Made by a program: the position numbers and the translations under genes
Part shown: piece by piece, positions 1-12,800 of the stretch
Numbering within the stretch: position 1 is the first letter of the stretch
Layout of the letters: each line of letters begins with the position of its first letter
NCBI RefSeq assembly: GCF_000150275.1
Contig: NW_002060965.1
Span: forward strand, 310,001 to 374,000
Direction: 5' to 3'
DNA length: 64,000 nucleotides
From: Trichoplax adhaerens
Taxonomy: Eukaryota; Animalia; Placozoa
Notes under the pieces: generated by a model
What the model saw: only the letters and a program-made list of their open reading frames with translations
What the model was told of the DNA's origin: nothing
Databases searched by the model: none

Positions 1-375
1 ACTTTGAATAAGTGCTTATACCGATTTCATTCATTCTGAAGCACGCAATATAACATAACGCTAGATAGCAATTATTAGAAAATGATACGAAAAGTTTAGT
101 AGAGTCTAATCTCATAAAGAATAGTATAAAATGAAACACATGATTGCACGTTCTGCTACTACCTTTGAACAAGTTTTGATAAGCTCTTAGACATGTTTTG
201 CCCTCTTTTAAGTAAAAGCGATCAATCGTTACCTATACAAAACATAAATGATATTTAATCGGCATTACTTGGTCCTATGATAAGCTTTAAACTTATTCAT
301 AGCAGAATGATCAAGTGAAATTGGAGTTTTCGATACTTAAATCTCTCAATTTTAATGATTAAACCTACATCTAAT

Positions 376-1210
376 ATTCTTCTATGCCTGACACAACCAG
401 AAAATACTTCTATAACGAAAATCTTGTCCACTTCGGCTAGTTCCTGTAGCAAATTGATAGAGTCAGAGCAGAAATAACACTTTATAGATGTATTGTATCA
501 TATTCTTGATGAAAGTCCGACATCAAACTATTTAACACCAAGGAGACAGATCGCCATTATCCCCATTTAACGAATTTTTACTATCATCAGCAACTTACCG
601 TATGTTCATCAAAATAATTAGTAGCATGCTCATCAACTCCTTCCAATCCAGGATTAAATGTGTCCAAAATATCGACTGTGTATTCCAAAAGAATCTTATG
701 ATTCATAATTACTTGAAATCAAAGTATACCGGTTGGTTTTCAATGTCGTTGGTAAATTCTTTTAGAGGAATGAACGCTTATTTTATGAATGCTTTAAATC
801 ATAAGAATAAATAAAATCAGCAATAAATTCTACTATGATTTTCAAAGCCGATTTTATTCAAAAAGGTAGAAAATATGTTGATGCGTAAATCAAGTTATGG
901 ATGGCAGACTTTCAAACAAGCTAACAGCTACTATATTTGTTTGAGGCAGTTATATAATTTGTTTAGGCGCTTTAACACCAGCCAATCGGTTGTAGCATCA
1001 ATTAAATGTATAGTAAACTCTTATAATATACGAAAGTATGTTTTGAAGGCAGGCTATTCACTTTTATATTCATTGGTCTACATATCACGTCACAATCATT
1101 CGGCTAAGACTTGAGTAATGGTCTAATGACGAAACGTTATTACCATAGCAACCATAATAACAAAATTGGCTATCAATTCTTCATCTATATTTTGTATGGC
1201 TTCTACTAAA
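376..1210 (-). pseudogene. Decayed exon-like fragments, possibly the 3' exons of another WD40-propeller paralog
   Basis: Minus-strand segments bounded by AG/GT (EAIQNIDEELIANFVIMVAM|gt; FTIHLIDATTDWLVLKRL; ...VDEHATNYFDEHT|gtaag; ELAEVDKIFVIEVFSGCVRHRRILD|gtagg), some with in-frame stops. Exon-size pattern loosely resembles the last exons of genes B/C; similarity is weak. Confidence 0.2.
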
Positions 1211-1405
1211 AATAATAACCTAATTTACATAGCAGGCTGTAGCCTTCATAGCCAACTAGACTTGCACTCAATTTACTAAAACATCATACGAAATAGTCTA
1301 TGAATCAAATTTATAGCTGGCTGATTATGGAAGCCCCACGAGCAAAGCGAGGCAGCAAACGTGAAACTAATATGCTATTAATTCCTCGCTTTATTTATTA
1401 TGAAC

Positions 1406-1993
1406 TGTCACAACCCTCACTTGTGGCAAAGGAAAGTAAAGAACTCTAGTGTAGTTACTTAAAACTTGGGCTATTTCTCCCAGTACTTTCAGTTTCAATG
1501 AGAGAAGTATTTGAGAACTCGATTTCTCGGCTGATCTCCACAGACAACTGACTAATTATTACACTATTCTTCACGATATGAGTCTTGCCGTTTCTTGAGC
1601 AATTACTTTCTTTATTCTACAAACACACGCGCTTAAATAGGTTTCTACAGTGAATTCCAATATTAACGAGTGAGAATTCATGCTTTACAAGTTACATTAA
1701 TTAGTATAATACCATTACTAAATATACATGTCGATATTCTCAGACTTAGATAGCTACAAGCTATCAGGTGTTAAGACGCTTAACCTTCGTCCATATACAG
1801 CTCAATTTTTAGAGATTAACACACCTTATAAACCTACAGTAAATTAACTGCTAACAACTTCTATTTTTCTCTCATTTCTACCATCCTATTATCAGCTACA
1901 AGCGCATTAAAACATAGCACATAACCTTATCTTATCTATTCATAAGCATTCATTAATTTACAGTTACTTAATTAGTAACGGCGTACCGTGACA
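1406..1993. mobile_element. Solo LTR (family 1), 588 bp
   Basis: Termini TGTCAC...GTGACA (perfect inverted ends) and 5-bp TSD TGAAC at 1401-1405 and 1994-1998. Homologous to ~29960-30540 (shared ttgtggcaaag, gagaactcgatttctc, gcttaaatag.ttctacagtgaattc). Confidence 0.85.
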
Positions 1994-1999
1994 TGAACA

Positions 2000-2334
2000 T
2001 GTCACACACCACTAGTGACAAAGTAGTCTACACACGCCAATCCTTGCGGAGAACGCCACTTACTAACTTAAAGAGGCGAGATTAGCTATATCACCAAATA
2101 ATTCAGTTCCAACGACCGAATACTATGGTATAATTATAGCGTCACAGATGATGTAGACGAGATAGTCAGAGATTTACTATCATTTATTACTGAAGGAATC
2201 TTGGCACCCAAGATTATAGTCTTTACAATTAAATATCAATTGAAAACTAGTTGACTATCCAACCGACTAACTAACTAAAAAGGAATCTTCAGGCACCAGC
2301 CTTTTATAGTCTCGTCAGAAACTCCTGGTTAACA
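2000..2334. mobile_element. Solo LTR, 335 bp, 6 bp downstream of the first
   Basis: Starts TGTCAC, ends TTAACA; 5-bp TSD GAACA at 1995-1999 and 2335-2339. Confidence 0.7.
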
Positions 2335-3703
2335 GAACAGAATAATTTAAGCTCCGCTAGGCAGTGAAACTATCCAGTATCTTCCAATAGCAATAGGCTG
2401 GAGCAATAAATATGGAAAATACTCAGGAAATTTTATTCTATCCTAATTAATCTTCCACAGACAAGCATTATTTTGCAAGTCTGAGCGTATTTTTAGTATC
2501 CATGTACGCTTGCTATTGAGTAGTTTGAGTACGAACAGGTTATTTGGTGTTATGCGATTACCGATTATTGATCAAAAGTTAAAGTCTGAAAGTAAAATCG
2601 CGTTGTGTTAAACTAATCTTGCGCAAATAAGCATCATTTCGCTAGCTTAATTACCGGTATATTTTTAGTATCCATGAATGCTCATCATTTAAATAGTTTG
2701 GGTAAGAATAGCTAATTACCTCAGTTCTATCAACACCAATTATGGTAAATTCGGTATGAAACCTTTAATATATGTAAGCGTTAGACTCAACTGCTGTATA
2801 GTAGTATTATATCAATATCGATCTAGCTCTAAATCAGCATAGAATATAGTCAGCTTTTGTACTTCTACGACTGTTTATTAAGCAAGCTTTTCAAAACATT
2901 CTATCAAATCGGATAACACGTAATTTTAATTTCAAGGCCAAAGTACAAAGAGCTCATGAATATTAAACTTATATTCGGTCATACTTATCCAGTGAAAAAT
3001 GCCAATCAAGTCACTAGATTCTACTACAATTACTGCCATTAAGAATAATATTCCTTTTTTTTTACCTAGTATAGTCTAATGAAACCATCATTACTATTTA
3101 TTTATTTAAATCATGCTCATCATCCGATCGCCTGAGCTTCGTCCATCAGCATGACGTCGAACATCATGTCGAATAATATTGGAGAAAAGACTTAGTCCAT
3201 ACGGTATGAAGTGATTATGTGAATGATACGAACTTTTAGCTAGTCTATTAAGTTACAGCAGCATACGAGTACAAATTTATTCCATAAATTTTCGTACTGT
3301 ATCTCGTAAATTATATCATAATCAATATGACAGAACGAATGATGCCAAGAAATGGCTATCCGGTAAAATTTAGAGCTAATAATTATCATCTAATATAAAT
3401 GGCGATTTCAAAGCCTTTTACGGATGAAGTGACATATTGGTACTGTGAAATCAATTTAATTCAAAGTATGCACTAATTTCAAGTATACGCTTTATATCAT
3501 GAAATAGTCCAGTCATACTGTCCTAAGGGGCATTCCATTAATTCTGATACGTATCAGAAACAGTAACATAAAAAATAATTTTCTTTTCTAATCATTGTAA
3601 AGGTACACATTTACTTTACTATGTAAGTAAGGGTACAGCTTTAATCTTAAATTTCACTGCTAGTATAGTTATCAATCTAACGAGCATAATATCTTAAATA
3701 AAG

Positions 3704-4669
3704 TTAGATAATTTCACACTGATTCTTTATGCGATATTGAACAGCATCAAGGCAAGATTGATGCCATGAGTAAAATAACAGGAATACAAATAGATGCCAA
3801 AACTGATGGCTGGAAGCTACATAATCGAATTTACCTGGAAATAAACGCTCAGGAAATTTAGTGACAAGAAATAAACAGCCCATTAAGCCATAAAATAGCA
3901 TATAGCTTGCACCAATTGTAAATTGACGAACAAATGTGGATGATATGCCGTCATGCAAGTAGATAAAATGAAATATTGGAACTAATGAAAATGCGACAAT
4001 AATAACAAAAACGACGGTCCTATTCATACGAAAATTTAAGTTTGAGATTTGAAACTGAATCCCTTTAGCATCTGAGCAAGCTAAATTATAAACAGAAGTC
4101 GATATTAGTAGTGTTGATACGATGACGTATATTAGTAACCAGTAGCGATGGCAATAGTAAGCAACATATAGCCCCGATACAAATCCACCGATAATTCCAA
4201 TACCTATGCCCCCAATATCCATCTTTAGCCACAATTGATTCATTCTCTCGGAGTGGCAATGAAATAGATGATATAAGGTACTTAGCAGCAATGTGGACAT
4301 ATAAAAAAGGCATGCAGAAGATATTACAATACGATCTGGCATACTTTGCAATGTCCATGGCACTACGTAGACATTATCGAAAACAAGTAAGTACACGAAA
4401 ATGAAAAAGCCAAGAAAATGACTCCAAATATTGATTGATTCATTCGAAAGTACGAATAAACTTTTGAGACAAGACTGATAAGATAAATTCACTCTATAGC
4501 CGCTGTATATATGAGGATTGAATTTTAGGAATGGCGGAACCTGAGAAATATTATACAGCTGAATTGATCCATGACATTCCTTCTTTTGATCACCAGAAAT
4601 AGATCGAAATCGAGAGCGGATTCGTGATCGACGAAATACAAAGGTTGTCATTGACCGAGAAAATGTCAT
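3704..4669 (-). CDS. PAQR3: PAQR3-like progestin/adipoQ receptor (HlyIII/CREST family), intronless, 321 aa
   Basis: PAQR motifs: P.FL.FNP.I..GYR, NESINIWSH (ExxxNxxxH), STLYHLFHCH (SxxxH), D..GI, FPERLFPGKFDY, SHQFWH (HxxxH); about 7 hydrophobic segments. Confidence 0.92.
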   Translation of the reverse strand: MTFSRSMTTFVFRRSRIRSRFRSISGDQKKECHGSIQLYNISQVPPFLKFNPHIYSGYRVNLSYQSCLKSLFVLSNESINIWSHFLGFFIFVYLLVFDNVYVVPWTLQSMPDRIVISSACLFYMSTLLLSTLYHLFHCHSERMNQLWLKMDIGGIGIGIIGGFVSGLYVAYYCHRYWLLIYVIVSTLLISTSVYNLACSDAKGIQFQISNLNFRMNRTVVFVIIVAFSLVPIFHFIYLHDGISSTFVRQFTIGASYMLFYGLMGCLFLVTKFPERLFPGKFDYVASSHQFWHLFVFLLFYSWHQSCLDAVQYRIKNQCEII

Positions 4670-7291
4670 CTTCTCTAAATTTCCTTTATACTTTTGAGCT
4701 CATCGTAGTTTCAAATGCTTAAGATATAGAGAGATGAATGTTTATCACTATTTAAAACCTGGAATCCGGTTCCAGTATCGCATACTGACTTACCCAGCCA
4801 GTAGCGAGTTTGTTTATGCATACTATAGACGCCACACCTCTCAAAATACTGTCGACTATATATAAATAATTTAAAACTAGCCGAAACAGAAGCATTAGTT
4901 TTCCATATTAAATTAATATTTATATCTTTTGTATATCTCCCTATACTTAAATGAATTATTTACTTATACAAAGGGCAGCCGTTATTTCTGGATTTACTGT
5001 GTATCCTAATTTAATTATAGCATACTTGATAATATTGTATATGGTATTTGATGTATTTCTGTTTTGATAAAATTTCTATAATATTAAAAGTTTAGGCTTC
5101 AATATTGAAATAAATTCACACACCTCTTGGACAGTCTAGCACCTATAAGTGTAATATTCATATTATCAACTTTCATATAACCTACCAAATATAGTTTCGC
5201 AAGTTTAATTGGTTACGCAGTAATATGTACCAGAATAAACGATACCTGTTGGTACCTTATGTCAGTAGATCTTATGCAAATAAAATTAAAAGCAAATTCA
5301 AAGATGAATCTAACAAACGCAGGAGAGTAGAATATAGCAGCAAATTCAGCATATAAAATCGATTGTATCTCAAAGAGATCTAGGTCGCTAACATGCATTT
5401 GAAAAAATAAATCGAGTTTATCCAACATTGTTATTGCATGGTGTTCTGTAACCCAAACAGAAGTCCATTAGTAGATCAGACGCGATAATATACACTATGG
5501 TGGCAAACAGATGGTACTCTGAAATTAATACGAAAATGTATTTTTTGCAGACTGCTTTATGAAATTTTATTAAAAATCTAATCAACAAATACAATCCGGT
5601 ATTAAATTGGAATTTCAAATACACATTGGACTAGTTTTACAATCTAACTTAGAAATGGTCTTTTAGCTGCTTCCATTTTTTATACCTAAACAGTGCCGCA
5701 TAGAGGTTTTATTAATATGCTGAGGGAGACTTCTAAACTAGCCTTATTGATAGATCTCACCAATCGAAGCTATCAAATGGCATTACTGCGATATTAATGC
5801 CCTTACATTGAGACTTAGAGTCAAAGAAATATTAATTTAAATCAGGAATAATACAGATTTACTGTAGGCAAAATTTTCTATAATACTACTAAAGATTTCA
5901 GCCTTTATTCCCACTCTATATTGCAAATTTTTCTTCCAATCTATACAATTTAAAAGACAGCATCTACAGTGTTTTAAAAGTCTTTTCCTGATGATTGGAT
6001 AATATATTTTGTCACTCTAAGACGTAAGTCATTTCCTTACATTTTATTTGAGGCGAAACCGTAAAAGATTCTTTTTGCAGATGGCCGTCGGGCAGCTTTA
6101 GATCAATCCTAATGACTCTTCATCTGTGATAAAAACTCTTTGAGTATCTTGTTCCGTTACTTAGAGCTATTTCGTAATCTTAGGCAGATCTCCACCTACG
6201 TATAATCTTTAAGTAATCATGCTAATCATCCTGGGATAAATTTTTAGTATCTTAAGGGCTATACTGATTCTCAAGAACACTAATTAGTAATCTTAGCCAG
6301 TCGATATTCAGAATTAATATCACATGTCTATCTTTTTATTTCACTATGTAAATAGCAGCGATCAGATGAGGACAGCTTCAATTAAGAATTTGACCGTGAC
6401 CTAGACAGCTACCACAATTTAACAATTCACTAACACCATTTGCTACAGAAAAAATGTACAAAACTCAAAAAGCTCCACAACTATGTCAGCACATAATGTA
6501 AACTATAATCTTGTTAAATAGCAGTAGATAATACTAATAAATAAGCCCTAAAAACTAAAAAAATACAAGAAATACATTCAAGATAGAGCAGATTTTTACC
6601 ACGAGAGTATACAATTCTCGTTTGAATGATCGAAATTTAGAAATTTTAAAACTCTAAACTCGCGATTTAAAGAGTGTTGACTAAGGAAATTAAGGAAAAT
6701 AGAAGCCTGTATAGCGTACAATATGTAACATTAGGAACCATCGAACAAAAATTACTAGATTTCCTGGCAGAATGATCAGAGTTAAAGCATCGTTACTAGT
6801 TAGCAATCCTAAACAAATCAAGAAATTCTGTGTAATATTTCCCCCTTAGCATTAACTAAACTGAATTGTTGGAGAATGGTTCTTCAAATTTTCAGTAATA
6901 ATTGTACAACATTCCGTAGTTGTAAAAATGCTATTACAGCACTACCAGCAGTTATTTTAATAAATTCAGCTATTAAGCATATACGCGAATAAAACGGTCA
7001 TTAAACCATTCAATATAGCCTTTAAGTGCGAGCAATTTATCAGGATCAGCTGAAACAATCACTAATATAGCTATTAACCGTATGAAAAATTCCTTAAAAC
7101 TATTTCATAGTAAGCAACAACATTTCTAAAAGGAATTATAAAATTGAATCTAAAATGCTATCCAGCAGCAAAATGATCTTCAATCTAAAGGAACTGATTT
7201 ACATAATGAAATCATCAATGGATTGGGTACAAATAATTGGACAATCCTCACTTGAATAGTTACAAAATTCGGAAAGCTAATTTTCAAGCTA

Positions 7292-8263
7292 TTAAGTACT
7301 GCACTGGTTCAGTATTCGAAAATGAACTGCGTCAATGCAAGAATGATGCCATGAATAAAAAAGAAAGAATACACATACATGCCAAAATTGATGACTGGAA
7401 GCTATATAATCGAATTTCCCAGGGAATAGACATTCTGGAAATTTAAAAATTAGAAAGAGACAGCCAAGTAAACCCCAACCAAGCATTATACCAGCACCGA
7501 ATGCAAATCTACGAACAAAAGCTACGGCAAATCCACCATTTATGTATATGAAATGACCAATAGGAATAAAAGCAAAGGCCACGACTAACATATAAGTGTA
7601 GATTCGATGAACAGTGAGTTTCATTTTACCAACTCTTACATTGATTACTTCATCCTTTGCTCGGGATAATACAAATGCTGATGTAGCAATAATTCCTACC
7701 GAAGCAATGCTATAGGTTAGCAATAATGCTTGATGACAATAGTAGGCTCCGTAAATGCCAGACAAAAATCCACCAATAATTCCTATCCCGATGCCGCGAA
7801 CATCAATTTTTAACCATTTGCAATAGCTTTCTTCAGAATGACAATGAAAGAGATGGAATAATGTACTCAACAATAAAGTGGACATGTAAAATAGAGAGGT
7901 TGAAGAAACCACAATTCTATCCATAAGATGCTGGAAAGTCCATGGAACAATATACATGTTGTCATAAACTAGCAAGTAGGCAAAAATAATAAAACCTAGT
8001 AAGTGGGTCCAAATATTGATCGTTTCATTGGATAAAACGAATAAGCTTTTGAGACAGGATTGATAGGATAGATGAACACGATAACCATCGATAATATAAG
8101 GATTGATTTGGAGAAATTCAGGCACTTGAGAAAAAGGATGTAGTGCTATAGCATCGTCTTTCCTCATGACGGTTTTACAAATAGTAGCAGTTTCAGTGAT
8201 TGGGCTTGCTTTATCATGATGACTGACTAATTGAGTTTCTCCCTTACTTCGACGCTTCGTCAT
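7292..8263 (-). CDS. PAQR3: PAQR3-like paralog, intronless, 323 aa
   Basis: Same motifs (NETINIWTH, STLFHLFHCH, FPGKFDY, SHQFWH); clear tandem paralog of 3704-4669. Confidence 0.92.
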   Translation of the reverse strand: MTKRRSKGETQLVSHHDKASPITETATICKTVMRKDDAIALHPFSQVPEFLQINPYIIDGYRVHLSYQSCLKSLFVLSNETINIWTHLLGFIIFAYLLVYDNMYIVPWTFQHLMDRIVVSSTSLFYMSTLLLSTLFHLFHCHSEESYCKWLKIDVRGIGIGIIGGFLSGIYGAYYCHQALLLTYSIASVGIIATSAFVLSRAKDEVINVRVGKMKLTVHRIYTYMLVVAFAFIPIGHFIYINGGFAVAFVRRFAFGAGIMLGWGLLGCLFLIFKFPECLFPGKFDYIASSHQFWHVCVFFLFYSWHHSCIDAVHFRILNQCST

Positions 8264-8553
8264 GATTAATAGTAATATTGATCCAAAACTAATTTCAACT
8301 TTGTTGACTACTACGCTCTAAGATGAAGCTTAACACTTGCATATGAAAAACAAAATAGTATTTAAAATGATTTAATCGAATCTCGATCCAACAGAGATAC
8401 AGTTACCAGTCTCGTGACTGAGATATCTAGCACCTTGTTAATTAATAATACTGCTAAAGATAATGCAATATACAAATTGCTATGGGTAAAGATGCTTTAA
8501 TCTAGAATGATGTCAGTAAAGATGCAGAACTGAATAATTTATTATAAATAACG

Positions 8554-8686
8554 TGATTGGGCCAGTTATAACTTTTAACCAATCAAGTATTAGGATAAAT
8601 CAGCCCATTTTAGATTATCTTTTCTCTGATATAAATCGACTATTCTGTACAAGGAGTCTGAATGGTCACCATCATGTGACGTCACA
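8554..8686. promoter_or_regulatory. Putative promoter elements: inverted CCAAT boxes plus a CRE palindrome
   Basis: TGATTGG (8554-8560), CCAATCA (8579-8585) and the 12-bp palindrome TGTGACGTCACA (8675-8686, contains CRE TGACGTCA), 290-420 bp upstream of the PAQR ATG at 8263. Confidence 0.4.
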
Positions 8687-8776
8687 AAGAACAACGTACT
8701 GTATTGAATAGAATACGATAAGCTAATGCTTCTTTTGTTCTTGATGGCGTTGAGGCTTTAATCATTTTAGATTAAA

Positions 8777-9768
8777 CTAGTACAAACTCACGTCGCTTTG
8801 CTGAAGGTTTACGATAATGTACCCATTTGTTAATAATTAACTGATAGTGTTACCATTCGACATTATATATATATATCCCGGTAATAGCTAGGCACTACTA
8901 AATTCTCAGCTATGCTAGTAGAATACTACTTTTTAATCATGTATTGACGGATGAAATGCTATATTAAGATTAGGGTTAGGTTAATGGTCCTTACACGTCG
9001 CTTTGCTAACGGTTTACGATAATGTACCCATTTGTTAATAATTAACAGATAGTGTTACCATTCGACATTATATATCTATCCCGGTAATAGCCAGGCACTA
9101 CTAAATTCACAGCTATGCTTGTAGAATACTACTTTTTAATAATGCATTGACGGATGAAATGCTATATTAAGATTACAGATTAGGGTTAGGTCAATGGTCC
9201 AAAGCACACGATGATAACTAATGTACGGTGATGGACATACAGTACAGTACCGTACCAAGTTAAGATTAGCATGTACAGTACTGTAAGATATCTACAGTGC
9301 AGTACAATGTCCTAAGTACTGTGGTCAATTCTATACCAATCATTACAATGTGTCTAAGGATCGCTTACGTGAGCAGGTAAAGCTTGCTCTGTCGATAGCA
9401 ACCGTTATAAGAAAATGTAACAATCAAAATGGCTATGTAGAAAACTCTATAAAGATTCTATGTTGATTCAATTTTCATCCCATTATTATATCAAATCAAA
9501 ATTGAAAGGCCCAGTAGCCACCCTCAGCAATATAGCAAATACTATTTTAAAAATCAGTACTCTGCAGAAATGGCTATCTTAGAGCTATTCGTTTTACATG
9601 AAGAAATCTTGATGTAAAAAGTACTGTAAGAATCTTATACTGACCTATTGAAATGAACCCATAATCACAGTCATCCAACTGTTAGTATAAATATCCCCGC
9701 GCTGCTCATTGAAATAAAGTGGGTGGGTGGGATTGCAATACATTGCATTATATTATTGGTATAGTAGA
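8777..9768 (-). mobile_element. Non-autonomous Helitron with a tandemly duplicated 3' segment
   Basis: Minus strand ends ...GCAAAGCGACGTGAGTTTGTACTAG|T (3' hairpin region + CTAG). 5' end A|TCTACTATACCAAT at 9768 (alternative TC end at 9732). No TSD; A^T insertion. ~205-bp direct duplication (8789-8990 / 8994-9200). Second copy at 28055-28760. Confidence 0.8.
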
Positions 9769-9870
9769 TTGGACGGGATATGGATTGCACCCGGGTACTC
9801 GAGTAATTTAAATGCTTGAGACATGTAAACGAAGTCTTATTTATATGTACTGTAGTTAAGCCTCTCTAGC

Positions 9871-12800
9871 ATGGCTAATCATCGAAAGAAAAGAGAATGG
9901 CCAGAAGATTTCCAGGATAGTCAAATCAGGATTGAAGGAAAAATTAAAAAGTTTATAACCACTTTTATTCAAGAGTTTAACAACAACTTGAATGATTTAT
10001 CTCAAGTACTGGATAGAGAAACTAAGTACAAGCCAGAAATAATTAGAAACAACGCTGCACAAATTTTCATTGACTTCCTAACCTTTATACGTTCGTTGCC
10101 TATTAAAACTCCGCTGGTTGATTTAGGAAAACTAACTTCAAATATAGAAAATTTGATTTTAATAATAAAGAAAAGGTATGATCGCAAGACAATTAAGAAA
10201 ATTATTAATGGTATATCTCCCAACAATGACCGCTCCGCATTAGGCATATCTATGATAGCTTGCGATCTCGTCAGGATCTACGAGCAACAACTATCCTTTA
10301 TTTCTAACTCAAGCGATTTTTACTACATTAAGAAATTTGCTAAGGATATGATCGCTGCTATCATCGTGTATATTTTGGATCAACCAGATAATCTACCGCA
10401 AGAAGCAGACAAAATGGCAAAATTTATTAGCCCATGCATTATGAATCCAAAAATTGTCAAGAAAAATTGGTTAGTTCAGATCGACTTTAAGATTTTCTTT
10501 ACAAATCTCATGTTTCTATATTATAATCGCTATCGTAGATAATCAGGCAAGTTACTCTTTACAATATTCTGCTAGTGTTTCAATAGTGTCAGGTCTTATA
10601 TCGGAATCCAGCTTTTAACTTAATGAACATATCTGACGATAGCAGACTCGAAACTAGAAAAGGCTATGTAAAGAAACGTAAATCTACTCAACTAGACCAA
10701 TCAAATCGTAATCTCGTAATGAGCTACATGGCCTATTGATATTTTATTTAGTAGAACTTTATCTTTCTAGGTTAAATGGATCAAGTTACAACTTCTTAAC
10801 AGCTGCTATCCTTCGTTATATTGATAAGACAACTGTAATCTATTCCCTAAATTCTTTTACAGCAAGCTCCCTTTAGCCAACTTACTTACATAGCTACAAT
10901 ATTTATTGCTGCGTCGTAAATATTTATCCTGATGCGGCAGGTACAGTATCTTAATTCCAAAGTAAATACAAATTTATAGGAGCCTCTTGTTAATCACCCC
11001 CAGACATTAACATTCTCGCACAACATGTCACTCTCTAAATTCTACCATTATCAATTACCACAATCAGCTACTTCCCTAATAAACGACGATTGCAACAGTT
11101 AAAAACAATAATTGGAAGAATAGCTCTACTTATTATCAAATTGCACGATAGTAGACTCAAAGCATAAAGACTAGTTAATGAATTAAGTCATACAAGTATG
11201 AACTGAGCTAAAATAATTAGGTAGATTATACAAGTTGAACAAAAAGTTGTCTGTTGGATAAAAGGTAGAGTGAGATCAGTTACATCACTACAGAAACAGC
11301 CGTTAGAAAGGCAGTTCTACCTATTACTAAGTTGAGGGGCAGCATTACTGGATCAACAAGGGTAACGAATACCTAATTTATATTATCTTCTCATACCACA
11401 ACCTTGGCGGTAATTCAATATCTTGTAGCTCAAGCATTAAACCACTAAACTATGAGATAGATAATTGCCCTTAACTTGATCTCAAAGAAATTTTTTAACT
11501 AAAATTATAAATGATTAATTACAAGTTTAATCTACTTAGATCCAATGTCTTGAATGATAGCTTTATAAATAAGATTACTTACAGAAGAGCGCAATTTCTA
11601 TAAGCGCTGATTGATATTAGGAATCCAAGATTAGCATTAAATAGAATTTGTTCACCAATTATATGATATACGTCTATATTGAAGAATGCGTACCGGAAGA
11701 CATGAATTATGAACTAACTTTATCCTACAATAACTAATTTTCAGTTTGTGTAATAAATTCTTTCACTCTCGTTGAAATGTACCAATTTGTGAACGTTACG
11801 CTAACTAGTCTTTCAAATTATAATCCTATTTGCAGCTATAGTATAAAAAAAGGAAGTCAATTAAAAATTGACTGGCAAGGAAACGAAAACCTTGAAAAGT
11901 TTATTCATTCGACTTAGTCGAAAGTTCTGGAATTACAATAGAAGAGGATAATTCGTACAAGTATTACGACTTACCTCGTCAAGGGAAAAATGCTCAGTAT
12001 GGCTTCCGACAATTATCCATCTTCAGACAGCAAGATATCGAAAAACAAGATGCTATTCGGTGCCTCAACGATATTACAAAGCAAATAAAGAGCAGTTCTC
12101 AACCACTGTACCAGTATCAAAGCAAATTAAGCAGGAATCTAGACATGCAATTCTTTATCCAATATGCTGAACAAGTTTTAGATGTAGTCAAACAGGATGA
12201 ATATAAAATCTCTGTTACGATCGATGACGATCAAATTAATGCAATCACAGCATTGATAACAGAGAATGTTTTCAATTTGATCAGTGATCTACTGAATAAG
12301 TTGAAGATTTCTTTGAAAGAAGTGTTTACGAACGAGATGGTAGAGAAAATTACCAAATGTCTAGATCTGATTACTAATGAAGAATTCGTGTTAACTTACT
12401 CAAACAAGCAGATTTTAGAGCATATGAATCAAAATCAAGAAACAATAATAAAAATGCTAAATGAAATTTTTGAAAATCAAAATAGAATGCAACAAGAGCT
12501 AGATAATTTAAATCAAAAGCGAGGAAATGGCATAGCTACACTTATACCTAGTCAACCCAAGGAGAATATATCACAAGATGGCGACTGTCTGGATGGCGTA
12601 GTCATGGACAGAACTCTTGAAGAAGGTGAAGGTGGGCAATCTTTACTTTTATGTATTATTCACTAAATAATCTCGATTGAGAATTAGTCCAGCACTTTAT
12701 ACAATATTCAGCTGAGGAGAATTACAGTCCAAAGTTTGTTGCACAACAGCAGCAATGATTATAATACATCTTAGATCGTTTTAGTGAGTCAGCAAATTAA

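Noticed and set aside
4086-7446. ORFs 4086-4358 (-) and 7237-7446 (+)
   Set aside because: Alternative-frame or antisense shadows of the PAQR genes.
8970-9190. TTAGGG motifs as an interstitial telomere
   Set aside because: Fewer than two full units each and embedded in the Helitron.
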